Shown: in pieces, positions 24,960-35,684 of the stretch
Position numbering within the stretch: the first letter of the stretch is position 1
How the letters are laid out: each line of letters opens with the position of its first letter
Program-made: the position numbers and the translations under genes
Notes under the pieces: generated by a model
The model's input: the letters and a program-made list of their open reading frames with translations, nothing else
Databases searched by the model: none
Told to the model about the DNA's origin: nothing
From: Lophium mytilinum
Taxonomy: Eukaryota
Direction of reading: 5' to 3'
Assembly: GCA_010093605.1 (NCBI GenBank)
Contig: MU004185.1
Location: forward strand, 1,013,334-1,077,333
DNA length: 64,000 nucleotides

Positions 24960-25385
24960 CTTCGGGGGCTTTCTTCTTCAATGATTCAAGTAAGGCTGTT
25001 AAGATGGCATGGCAGGATTCAAAGAAAGATGGTTGTTCCCGTGAAGCTGGGAATGGTGTTTCTACGGAAGGGTGTAAGGGGGTTCAGCTGAGTCGAGACC
25101 GTCGGGGACATGGTGGCGTTTATAGCGTCAATATGCAAGGACTAACTGCCGAACGATGGACCGAACTTAGACTTACCATGTTCTGCTATATATTGAAGAA
25201 GAGCACATTCATTCATAAAGGAATCGAGCTACGGCTTCATGTCTCGTGTAGAATTGAGATGTAGGACCGAGCAGAAATTCGGCCCCATTTTGGCCTAGTG
25301 GCCCTGGCTCCTGCGCTAATCAATTTTGGGACATTGGCTCTTAACAACCACCCGAAATTAGGTCGCTAAAAAACGTTTGTTAATC

Positions 25386-25650
25386 CAGGCTGCCGCCGTT
25401 TGAAATAAGTCAACTCATTATCGCATCATGCCAAACTGTAACAACATCGACAAATTCCAGGAGGCCCCCTAGCATTGTCATCGGCTCCCCTAGAATACCT
25501 GATTTGAACACTAGACCCTCTCTCCTTTGACAAAACCCCCCCAAATCAGACCTCCTCCATCACTCAGTACACTTAAGCTGCCGTCGTCTAAGGTACCTTA
25601 ACTCGTTATCATAGTGCGCAAAGCCCAAGCAACGAGGATTCATAATCAGA
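25386..25650. repeat. Dispersed ~180-bp-unit repeat family A, inverted copy (~1.5 units)
   Basis: caggctgccgccgt...ttatcgcatcatgccaaac...gctgccgtcgtctaaggtacct is the reverse complement of 42620-42875. Confidence 0.85.
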
Positions 25651-25690
25651 CGTTGAACTTTTCCATTGAACCAAACCGCCTTAGAGGAGC

Positions 25691-25845
25691 CTACTGTAGA
25701 TTGCAAAACATTCCAACTCTGTTTTTGCCTACATTCAGGTCTTCCCAGGACTCTAGTGTCCATCAAAGGTTGCTCGAGATCGGACCCCAATTCCCACGCG
25801 ATGAAAGGTAGACTTGTAGCGAACCCTGCAAATCAGACCCCGGCT
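25691..25845. repeat. Dispersed repeat family C, copy 2
   Basis: Collinear match to the reverse complement of 20745-20898. Confidence 0.75.
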
Positions 25846-26232
25846 TTGAGTGTTTAGACCGAGTGCTAAAAGCGCTGGGGGACTTCGGAACGTATCAAAA
25901 ATGTCTGCTTATATAGCGCGTAGCCCAGCGGCCTCTTTCATTACAAAGTGCATTAGCGAGAAAGCGATGTGGAGCAAGACATTTACCCCTCCTTCATATG
26001 ACGGAAAACTCCGACCTCGGAGAACTACCCCTCCATAATCTTGGGGTATATAATCCTGTTTTCAACTGACTCACGGCCGACATCCTGTATTCCACGCACG
26101 CTCTTCATCATTTCGCTCAGCCAATTCTACCGACCCAAATCGCCCCAACAGATACCAGCTGGTACGGTGACAAGGAACCATATCTATCGCGATGGAGATA
26201 TCAGAGGATCAAGAAGGTACCGTCTCGTAAAT

Positions 26233-26386
26233 GCATGACGGGTGTTCAGCCCCTACCATGGCCTGCCAGTGTCTTGATGCGCGGGTCTTCTAGACCTTCG
26301 TTTCAAGCCACTGGAAGTCCAGGAAAGGGCTGATCTGAGATTATACCGTCGAACTTGATCTGGATAATTCCAGCGAAAGAACATGC
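26233..26386 (+). ncRNA. TPP riboswitch in the 5' leader intron of NMT1/THI5
   Basis: P1 pairing GCATG/CATGC, GGGTG at the P2/P3 start, a long P3, and the conserved core CTGAGATTATACCGTCGAACTTGATCTGGATAATTCCAGCGAAAG. It lies directly upstream of the THI5 ATG. Confidence 0.95.
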
Positions 26387-26434
26387 TTCTTCCCCCTCCT
26401 CCCCCTTCGCGGAGTTACTCACAGCTACAGCATC

Positions 26435-27738
26435 ATGTCGACCGACAAGATCACGTTCTTGACCAATTGGTACATAGCGGTCTTGATGTGTTTGGCGGGA
26501 GAACAGCTTACTGATTGAACGCAGGCACGCCACGCCGTATCACGCTCCGCTATACCTCGCGCAGGCCAAGGGCTTCTTTGAGGATGAAGGTATCAAGGTC
26601 GCTCTGCTTGAACCGAACGACCCTAGCGTGAGCATGTCCGATCTGCTGCAGAGACCAGGGCTGATAATATCTTGCAGGATGTGACCGAGATCATTGGAAG
26701 TGGTAAAGTGGACTTGGGTTTCAAAGCCATGATTCATACGCTTGCAGTCCGTCTAAAGACCCCTTTTTTCACTAGTACCTTCCGAGCTGACAGCTGAAAG
26801 GCCAAAGCCCGTAACTTCCCCGTGCTCAGCATTGGCTCCCTTCTGGACGAGCCATTCACCGGCGTCGTTTATCTCAAGGATTCTGGCATCACTACGGATT
26901 TCCGTACCTTGAAAGGCAAGCGCATTGGCTATGTAGGCGAGTTTGGAAAGGTAACTGCTCACTATTCTAATCCCCTCCATCACTTGAATGCTCGGATTCC
27001 CACCTTTGGATCTCTCACGCAAAATTTCACTGAAACATCAACTAACAGCGGATATAGATCCAAATCGACGAGCTTACTTCCCACTACGGCATGGCCCCAA
27101 CCGACTACACCGCAATCCGGTGCGGAATGAACGTCTCCAAGGCTATCATCTCCGGCACCATCGACGCCGGCATTGGCCTCGAGAACGTGCAAATGGTTGA
27201 ACTAGAGGAGTGGCTCGCCGGCCAAAACCGTCCCAAGACCGACGTCCAAATGCTCCGCATCGACGAGCTTGCCGAACTCGGCTGCTGCTGCTTCTGCTCG
27301 ATCCTCTACATCGGAAACGAAAGCTTCATCGCCCAGAATCCCGAGAAAGTGAAGGCGTTCCTTCGTGCCGTGAAGCGTGCGACCGACTTCGTGCTCGCCG
27401 AGCCCGAGAAGGCGTGGGCGGAGTATGTCGACTTCAAGCCAGTCATGGGCACGACGCTCAATCGCAAGATCTTTGAGCGCAGCTATGCCTACTTTAGCAA
27501 GGATTTGAAGAACGTAAAGAGAGACTGGGAGAAGGTGACTAAGTATGGAATGAGGCTTGGTGTTCTCGATCAAGGATTTGAGCCAAACTACACCAATGCA
27601 TTTCTGGGATGGGAAATGGAGGGTGAGAGTGCGGATCCAACACAGGACCAGAAAAAAATGGTAGAGTTGCAGAAGGATATTGCTGCCTGTGGTGGATTCC
27701 GCAGGTTGAACACTTTGCCGGCCACTGTCAAGGTTTGA
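26435..27738 (+). CDS. NMT1: HMP-P synthase NMT1/THI5 (thiamine pyrimidine biosynthesis)
   Basis: Spliced N-terminus [25 protein letters not shown], plus [12 protein letters not shown] and the diagnostic [11 protein letters not shown] motif. Confidence 0.97.
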
Positions 27739-27889
27739 GCGGTTATGCTTATACGCTCGGCTGCGCACGACAGTGACAGCGTTACGAGATGTATGCAATG
27801 AACAAGGATAGGGAGGATGATGCCTGGCCATTCACTCACTAAATGTTTACCAGTCAGGAGACGCAAACACAGAAATGAACTCGCCCAGC

Positions 27890-27916
27890 GAGCTGAGCTG
27901 AGCTGAGCTGAGCTGA
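27890..27916. repeat. (GAGCT)n pentanucleotide microsatellite
   Basis: About five tandem GAGCT units between the convergent NMT1 and DUF6594 3' ends. Confidence 0.9.
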
Positions 27917-27940
27917 ACTTGAATTGCGTGATGTTTTCAT

Positions 27941-28953
27941 CTAATCTTTGCTACTGGACACGAAAACTACAAGTATCGCAACATATCTTCGACAAATCAG
28001 CAACAGGCAGAGCCTTGGAAATGAAGAGCTTACCCAATAGTCCCCATCATAACCTCCGATTTTCTGGCACCAGAAAGTGCCATCATGGACGCCACAAGGA
28101 ATGTAAACATTCCTATAAGTCCAAGACGAACTGGTGCACGCTTCTCATAGCTAAGCGCCACTACAGCTGCTACTGTCAAGATGACCGCGAAGAACACGGC
28201 GATAGCTGCAACTATCTTATCGACCTTCTTACCAGGGAAGAAGATGATGAAATTCTTTCCGTCTTTTAGGTAAATTATGTCTCGCTATATATAGTAGTCT
28301 GTGTAAGCTAATTCTCCGTCCCTAAGGTTTGAGGATCAGATCACTTACGAAGATCAGGAATTTCAACAATGAGCTCCGGAGAACCTTTCCAAGTTTGCTA
28401 TCTACGTTTTGGTCAAGGCTCACGAGATCCATAGTCTCAGGGTACACCTTGCGGTGCTTAATATCACCCTCGGGTATCCGCTTCTCGAGATAATCGCTAG
28501 CATTGTCGATTATGGGGTCCGTCTCTTGCAGCCAGCGTTGCAAGCCACTGATACTACTCGGGGTAGGACTTTGCATGTGCAGTACTTGTTGATACTGGAT
28601 CAGGGCATTATCTAGGTGATCACTTGAGCATACGGTAGTAGATGCTCCAAGATATGCTTACTATACTTCTCCAGCGCATTGCTAATCCTCTCAACTAGTC
28701 TCAGCCTTTCGGGATCCGATCCGAATGCCGGCCAGGATCTAAGATCATCGACAGAGGACTTTTCCAAGGTTTCATCAACCCTGAGAAGCTGTGTTTCAAG
28801 ACTGGTAACCTCGCTCTGAAGGTATATCAGGTTTCTGCAATTCAACATCTGGAATTTGCGGAAGATCGCATGCTCCTTATCCATGCTGATGAAGGCTGCC
28901 AGCCTCGGGTAGCCGGGTGGGGCATTTTGGAGGAGAAGTGGAGTCCTTGACAT
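27941..28953 (-). CDS. DUF6594-like membrane protein (second copy)
   Basis: GYPRLAAFI..D..IFRKF..LN.RNL.YLQ.E motif and DLVSL. The terminal exon reads YVAILVVFVSSSKD*. Confidence 0.8.
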
Positions 28954-30854
28954 GGTGTGATTCCACCGAGAGTTGTAGATGGGAAAAATGCGTGGTTTCT
29001 AGATTCAAGAAGCAGGAAAGCAACCGCCACGAAGGCTCCCTGGCTCGTTGGCGTTGCCTCCTCAGCCTCGCTTACTTATGCTCACTTCACTTCTTCGAAT
29101 ATCACTATCGACTAGCCTTGCATCATTAATATCAGGTAGTCTGCCTATCGAATGAACATAGCGAATGGAAAAACCCGCGTGGCAACGCCATTGACGAGGC
29201 TGAAGCAAATTCGCCGTCCGGCTTTCTGCAAGGCGCAAAGCAACTTACAGCCTTGCAGGGGCTATGCGAATGTTCTTATCTATAAAGATGGCTACTTTCC
29301 GCGTTCTTTCTACTCTCAAACAATTGATCTTTACAACAGTATCTTTCTTCTCAATTCACATCACCTTTTCGAACCATCGCGGTATTGAAGTCCTTGATGC
29401 GATATATCCCGAACCGGACGCTACGAATCTAAGAAGACTTCCTTAGCAACAGATCTCTGGTGTCCACGCCAATCTAGACAATAACTAGCAGAGTCTCACG
29501 GCAACGCACATTGTTACGGTGCTTCCTTTGGCTTCTCCATCGTCAACCTCGGAGAAACATATGCGAAGGTAGGGTCCACCTTCAACGCATTTGCATGCTT
29601 GCGATTCTTATCAGTATCGTAGTCTCAAGCCAAACGATATGTGGATATGCTGCCCTAATTGTGGCCATATACGATGTGGTTTACGAGCGGACGGCGGGTA
29701 ACAGGCGGGGTTCGGCGTGCTGGGGTGATGGTAAGGACGTACTCTTCATATGTCGAATTGTAAGCACTGACACGGCTAGTCTTCTCAATACTTTCTACGG
29801 GGGTGCATCTGATATTTGGGCTCTCGTTTACTTGCACACTTGACTTGATATCGCCACTATTGCAACCTATTTTCACAACCACATCAAGATTGCGGCTCTT
29901 CTGCGAAGTTCTTCTATTGGAACGGTCCTTATTATTGAGATTTCATGTTCTTCCTTTCGAACCTGGTCCACTTTAGAAACACTACTTGATGTTTTCTTCG
30001 CACATCTTTTGAACACTATCTCGTGTACACCTGTCCGCCACCCGCTTGAAGTACCTCAACAAGTTTCCGTACGGACCAAAGTAAAGAGCTTCCATCTTGC
30101 TTACACTCCTAAAAATGCATCGAGGCAGCCCAAGCAGTGTCATACACGCGTACTCATCCATCGCGCCCTAAATGAAAATAGGAGTGCTACCTTTTACGTT
30201 GTCCGGCGTGCTGTCGTGGTGTAATCAAATGCCTCGCACTCGGAGTCAGTCTCCGTTAAACATATATGAAGCAGCAGTCCGCAAAGCCATCGAACCCACC
30301 CACATTGTCCCTTTCTAACCTTTCATAACGCACGAGAGGACATCACAAAACACTACACAGCTGTATAACAAGGCCTATCGGGAGTGTATTCCTCAAATAT
30401 TTCGATACGTTCCTTAGCACTTGAAGCTTTCCGGTTGCACCCTTATTAGTAGCGTACAGCCAAATGCGACGGGTCAAGGGATGCATCCACCTGCTCTAGG
30501 GTTATATATGTACACTCACCTGGCACTGGTTGAGGGCTCTTGGGTTGTTATTGTGGATCGGGAAAAGACGGTTTTGACACGTCTGGTAGCTCATCGGGCC
30601 AGCTCATACGGCGTCAGGACAAACTGTCGGGTTTTGGTCAATGAACCTTGGTGGATGCCCCCTGCATACTTGAGCAAATGGTTGCTTGTACGAGGCTGAG
30701 ATTTGGCCCGAGTCAGGCTCCGTTGAACGTAAAGTGGCAATACATTTTAGCACCGTCTGACGTGGCCTAGTGAGCTGTCAGCCTTGTCAAAATCTAGTTT
30801 CACAGGTTGGGTTGACGTACCGGAGGCCTTCAGACAGTCCGTTTCCGTAGTGTT

Positions 30855-31301
30855 TCATGCGTGTAGATCGTCCTCAGGAGTCTGGCCATCTCCTTTCTCT
30901 ACATCCTGCCCCGAAGGAGCTTCTTCTTCTTCTCGTACCTTCCGTCGGAGCCGTTGGAAGCGATCTATTTCAAAGAACATCAAGCCATAGAACGAGATCG
31001 TCCAGTGCAAGCAGCAGCTTTCAAATGTGCTTTCTTGATGTTTGTCGGCAAAGAGTCCAGCGAGGAGGGTGGCTATCGACAGAAGAACTACGTAGGTGCC
31101 TGACGGTATCCTCTTGAAGCGGTTGTGTATTACTTGAATGTTTGCGCCGATGAATAGGATGAAGAAGCTGAATATGAAGAGAAGCGGTGGGTTTAATTTT
31201 ATGGCCTGGTAAACTGCGGTAGATAATACGGCTAGTATGAAAACGCCAGGCAGATGCACCTCTAGACAAGCAGGTCGGAAGAGGGGGTTGGAGGATGGCA
31301 T
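30855..31301 (-). CDS. Hypothetical small multi-pass membrane protein
   Basis: 148-aa ORF with about four hydrophobic segments and an acidic DVEKG-type tail. Confidence 0.5.
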   Translation of the reverse strand: MPSSNPLFRPACLEVHLPGVFILAVLSTAVYQAIKLNPPLLFIFSFFILFIGANIQVIHNRFKRIPSGTYVVLLSIATLLAGLFADKHQESTFESCCLHWTISFYGLMFFEIDRFQRLRRKVREEEEAPSGQDVEKGDGQTPEDDLHA

Positions 31302-31549
31302 AATAGACTTGGAACTATTGTATTTCGAGTCGAGTTTTTGAAGGGGTGTCGTGGGAAGCGGAAAGAAGTGGAGATATATGTAGGTAGGTACTCCCGGCCT
31401 AGACTTCTCCTTTTACCACTAGTGCGCATTCGAACCTGGGTACTGTGGGCTATTTGCGGTAGCGATATAGTGCCACTTTACATTCCCCCTCAACTATCAC
31501 TTACACAGTTGAATCTAGATGTTGCAACACGCAATGCCGATATTTCGTA

Positions 31550-31908
31550 GTGGTGTTGTATCAAGACGGTGACAATACATCCAAGCCGATAGGGGCTCTG
31601 CACTTAGTTCAGCTTATTAGAGAAGTTGAACACCTCATTCTATATCCTTGTCGCTGGGGTTTTGCGCCCTATAATAGTGACTTGAGGTACCTTAGATAGT
31701 GGCAGAATAAGTCCAAATAAGCGATGCAGGAGGTCTAATTCAAAGACGGGTATTAAAGGAGAGATAAAGAATAAAGAACTGGGTAGGAAAGCTAACGAGA
31801 TTACTAGAGGCCCTAAATCAGGTTAATAACACCATAGAGTTGCAAAATGCAATAATACATTAAGGTATCTTAGACGGCGGCAGCCTGTGGTAATACACTT
31901 CTTCTAGT
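31550..31908. repeat. Repeat family A, RIP-degenerate copy (~2 units)
   Basis: gaggtaccttagatagtggcag (31684) and aaggtatcttagacggcggcagcctg...cttctagt (31862) match 42669 and 42848-42897, with CpA>TpA and TpG>TpA changes. Confidence 0.8.
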
Positions 31909-31951
31909 AGCCTGATATCGGGTGGCGGACAGGTCCCCACTCATCGATGCT

Positions 31952-33493
31952 CTAATTGTACTGCATATACGTCGCCGTGGAGTTGAACTTCAGATTGCCC
32001 TTGATGACCTTGTCCACTGCAGCCAAGAAGTCCTTCTCTGTTGCGACCTTCCTCCGCGCCCTGATCGCGAACATGCCTGCTTCGGTAGCCACACTCCGGA
32101 GTTCAGCACCCGTGCTGTTCGGGCACAACCGCGAGATCAGCTCCCAGCGGATATCGCGCTCGACGCTCATGCTCTTAGCGTGGATACGTAAAATATTCGC
32201 ACGGCCCTCCATATCCGGGAGGGAGAACTCGATCTTGCGGTCGATACGGCCGGGACGCATGAGGGCGGGGTCGAGAGTGGAGGGTCGATTGGTAGCGAAC
32301 ATGACCTTGATGTTGCCGCGGGAGTCGAAGCCGTCCAGCTGCGTGATGAGCTCCAGCATAGTCCGCTGAACCTCGTTATCGCCGCCCGCGCCGTCGTCGA
32401 AGCGCGCGCCACCGACCGCGTCGATCTCGTCGAAGAAGATGATGCAGGCTTTCTTCGTGCGGGCCATCTCGAAGAGTTCGCGCACCATGCGCGCGCCCTC
32501 GCCGACGTACTTCTGTACCAATTCGGAGCCGATGACGCGGATGAAGGTGGCGTCCGTACGGTTAGCAACCGCACGCGCGCAGAGGGTTTTGCCGGTGCCT
32601 GGGGGGCCGTAGAGGAGGGCGCCTTTTGGCGGGTCGATGCCTAGGTTGACGAAGCGCTCGGGGGAGAGGAGCGGCATTTCGACAACTTCGCGGAGTTTTT
32701 CGATTTGCTCTTTGCAGCCGCCTACATCGCCGTAAGTCACGTCGGGCTTGTCTTCTACAGTCATCATGGTGACTGAAGGGTCGATCTTGGGCGGTAGGGG
32801 GAGGAGAATCTGGTACTTGTTCCGGTCGACGCTGTGGGGATCTTGTTAGCCATCATACTAGACATTTTGAGAGAAGGATTCCATACCCAACCCGCATGCC
32901 CTCCTCGATATCCGTCGGACTGACCCTCTCGCCTAGATTGACGACGAACTTGGCGATTTGCTTAACGTTGATGACATATTTGCTCTTCTCCGTGTCCTTC
33001 TCGTCCTGGATGATCTTTGTACACCGTGCAACCTGAAGAGGCTGCTCCTCTTGCATCCGTTGCCTATCCGCAGCGATATCCCATAGATGTGGTGGTGCGA
33101 GACCGGTGTCTGATTCCTATATGACTAGTTAGAAGATATGATTGTGGTGCTCCTTGGAGAGATCGAGTGTACCTTTACGCCTAATCGGAGGTTAGCTTGT
33201 GATTCACGACGGAATAAACTCCTACGACTCACCTATCTTCTCGTTTACACTCTGCTGCTTGTCCTTGATCTCCTTCTCCAGCTTCTTCAGCTCCGCAGCA
33301 TACGGCGCGGCCCCGTATGTCTTCAGTACTTGGATATCTCTGCGTACTGCTTAGTCCAAGGACCATGAGACTGCCCACGGAGAGCTTCGGAGACGTACTC
33401 ATCTGTCAGAGGCGTGATCTTCTTCTCTTCTACCTCATCGTCGGCAAAGGTCTTGTTGTACTTCTCCCAGTTCTGGCCGGTGGCACTGGGCAT
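31952..33493 (-). CDS. RPT1: 26S proteasome AAA-ATPase subunit Rpt1
   Basis: [12 protein letters not shown], Walker A GPPGTGKT, Walker B IIFFDEID, and C-terminal ATYMQYN. Confidence 0.97.
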
Positions 33494-33818
33494 GTTGACT
33501 GCGGCGACAGGCTGTCGCGGGGGCTAGCGGGGATGAATGAAGGGCGGTCCTCTGGCGAACTTGACGAGTGTTGTAGCGGCTGGTTTCTTGTTGAAGGGAG
33601 AGGTGAAGCGTAGTCGTGAGCGAGGTCGATGAGGTGTTGATGGACAGCTCGTAGGTAGATGTTCGGATGATGAATCCACGCCCGAGCTCAATGCCAAGGC
33701 TAGATTTACACGCTAAGCATTTCACAAACTCGCGTTCAGGCCTCCAAAAGTTTATGCGCGGGGCGAGAGGAGAGTAACGACACGACAACACGAAACCCAA
33801 ATACTCTTCACCCACACC

Positions 33819-35517
33819 ATGGCGACCCAAGTAGCAAGCAGCAATGCCGGAAACGCAGCATTCAGGGTACTGATTCTGTCTTGGGAGCTTTACAGCAACT
33901 GGACTGACATTTTATAGGACAAGGAAAAGCCCAGAGCTGTCCGAACAGCAAATATTCTTGCGGCGAGAGCTGTTGCCGATGCTATTCGAACCTCCCTAGG
34001 TCCCAAGGGCATGGACAAGATGATCCAGACTGGACGCGGCGAAACCATAATTACCAACGACGGCGCCACTATGCTCAAGCAAATGAGCGTGATGCACCCT
34101 TCCGCAAAGATGCTCGTAGACCTCGCACATGCACAGGATATCGAAGCTGGAGACGGCACTACTTCAGTAGTAGTCCTCGCCGGGAGCCTTCTCGCGGCCG
34201 CAGAGCGGTTACTATCAAAAGGACTGCACCCTACAGTCATATCAGAAGCATTCCAGCGCGCTGCGGCGGCAGCAATAGATATTCTAGATGAGATGTCCAT
34301 CCCAGTCTCCCTCTCCGATCGATCCGCCCTTCTCAAGGCCGCTTCTACCTCTCTCTCCTCGAAAATCGTCGCACAAGAGGCCAAACTACCCATAATGGCA
34401 GTGGACTCTGTACTCAAAGTCATCGACCCCAAGACCGCAGACAATGTAGACTTGAAGAGCATAAGGATTCTGAAGAAGGCGGGAGGAACGATCGAGGACA
34501 GCGAGATGGTGGATGGGCTGGTGCTAAACCAGCAGGTAGTCAAGAGCGGCGGGGGACCAACGCGAATTGAGAAGGCTAAGATCGGCCTGATACAGTTCCA
34601 GCTCAGCCCGCCGAAGCCTGACATGGAGAACCAGATCGTCGTAAACGACTACCGACAGATGGACAAGATCTTGAAGGAAGAGCGGACGTATCTGCTGAAC
34701 ATGGTGAAGAAGATCAAGAAGGCGAAGTGCAACGTTCTGTTCATCCAGAAGTCGATTCTCAGAGACGCTGTCAATGACCTGAGTCTACATTTCCTAGCCA
34801 AGCTAGGCATACTATGCGTCAAAGACATCGAGCGGGACGAGATTGAGTTCATTTGCCGAGTAAGTCATATTACATGATTCAGCTTGGATGAAAAAGTGCT
34901 GACCAAAACAGAGCACCGGCTGCAAACCAATCGCAGACATCGACTCGTTCACCGAGGACAAACTTGGCTCGGCCGACCTCATCGAGGAAGTCCAAGCCAA
35001 CGGTGCCCGCATCGTTAAGGTCACTGGCGTCAAGAACTCCGCTCAGACCGTGTCTATCATCTGCCGTGGCGCCAACAGCCTCATCCTCGAGGAAACTGAG
35101 CGCTCCCTCCACGACGCCCACTGCGTGATTCGCTGCCTCGTCAAGAAGCGCGGTCTCCTCCCCGGTGGCGGCGCTCCCGAGATTGAAATCGCACATCAAC
35201 TCTCTAAACAGGCGCGTGAGCTTACCGGCACCGAGGCTATATGCTGGAAGGCGTTCGCGGATGCCATGGAGGTTATCCCGACCACCCTGGCCGAGAATGC
35301 TGGTCTGAATTCCATCAGAGTCGTGACAGAACTCAGGCACAGGCACGGCCAGGGCCAGCAAAACGCTGGTGTCAGCATCAAGAGCGGTGGTGTCAAGAAC
35401 GATATGGCTGAAGAGAACGTGCTGCAGCCTCTGTTGGTCAGCACAAGTGCGATTGAGTTGGCGGCGGAGACCGTCAAGATGATTCTGAGGATCGACGATA
35501 TCGCCCTGTCGAGGTAG
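33819..35517 (+). CDS. CCT4: T-complex protein 1 subunit delta
   Basis: [35 protein letters not shown] and LRIDDI. Two introns. Confidence 0.96.
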
Positions 35518-35684
35518 GCGATGTATGATACAATAGGAACCTAGAGTGTATGCTCTAGACTCGAAAGTAGAATACCACGGCTGTGCAAGTAATGCAATCA
35601 ATGAAAGCGACCAGCTACCAGCCGATCCGCATATGATATCTTGAAGATGCTCAGAGTCCATGATTATCTATGATCTCGCACTGA

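Noticed and set aside
29150..30700. Several short ORFs between DUF6594 and the small membrane protein
   Set aside because: No recognisable motifs or consistent splice model. It could be a decayed gene, but I cannot support that.
33890..35661. Long antisense ORFs over CCT4 (likewise over RPT1, SDH1, RPL3, NMT1, VPS33)
   Set aside because: These are shadow frames produced by strong codon bias in conserved genes.
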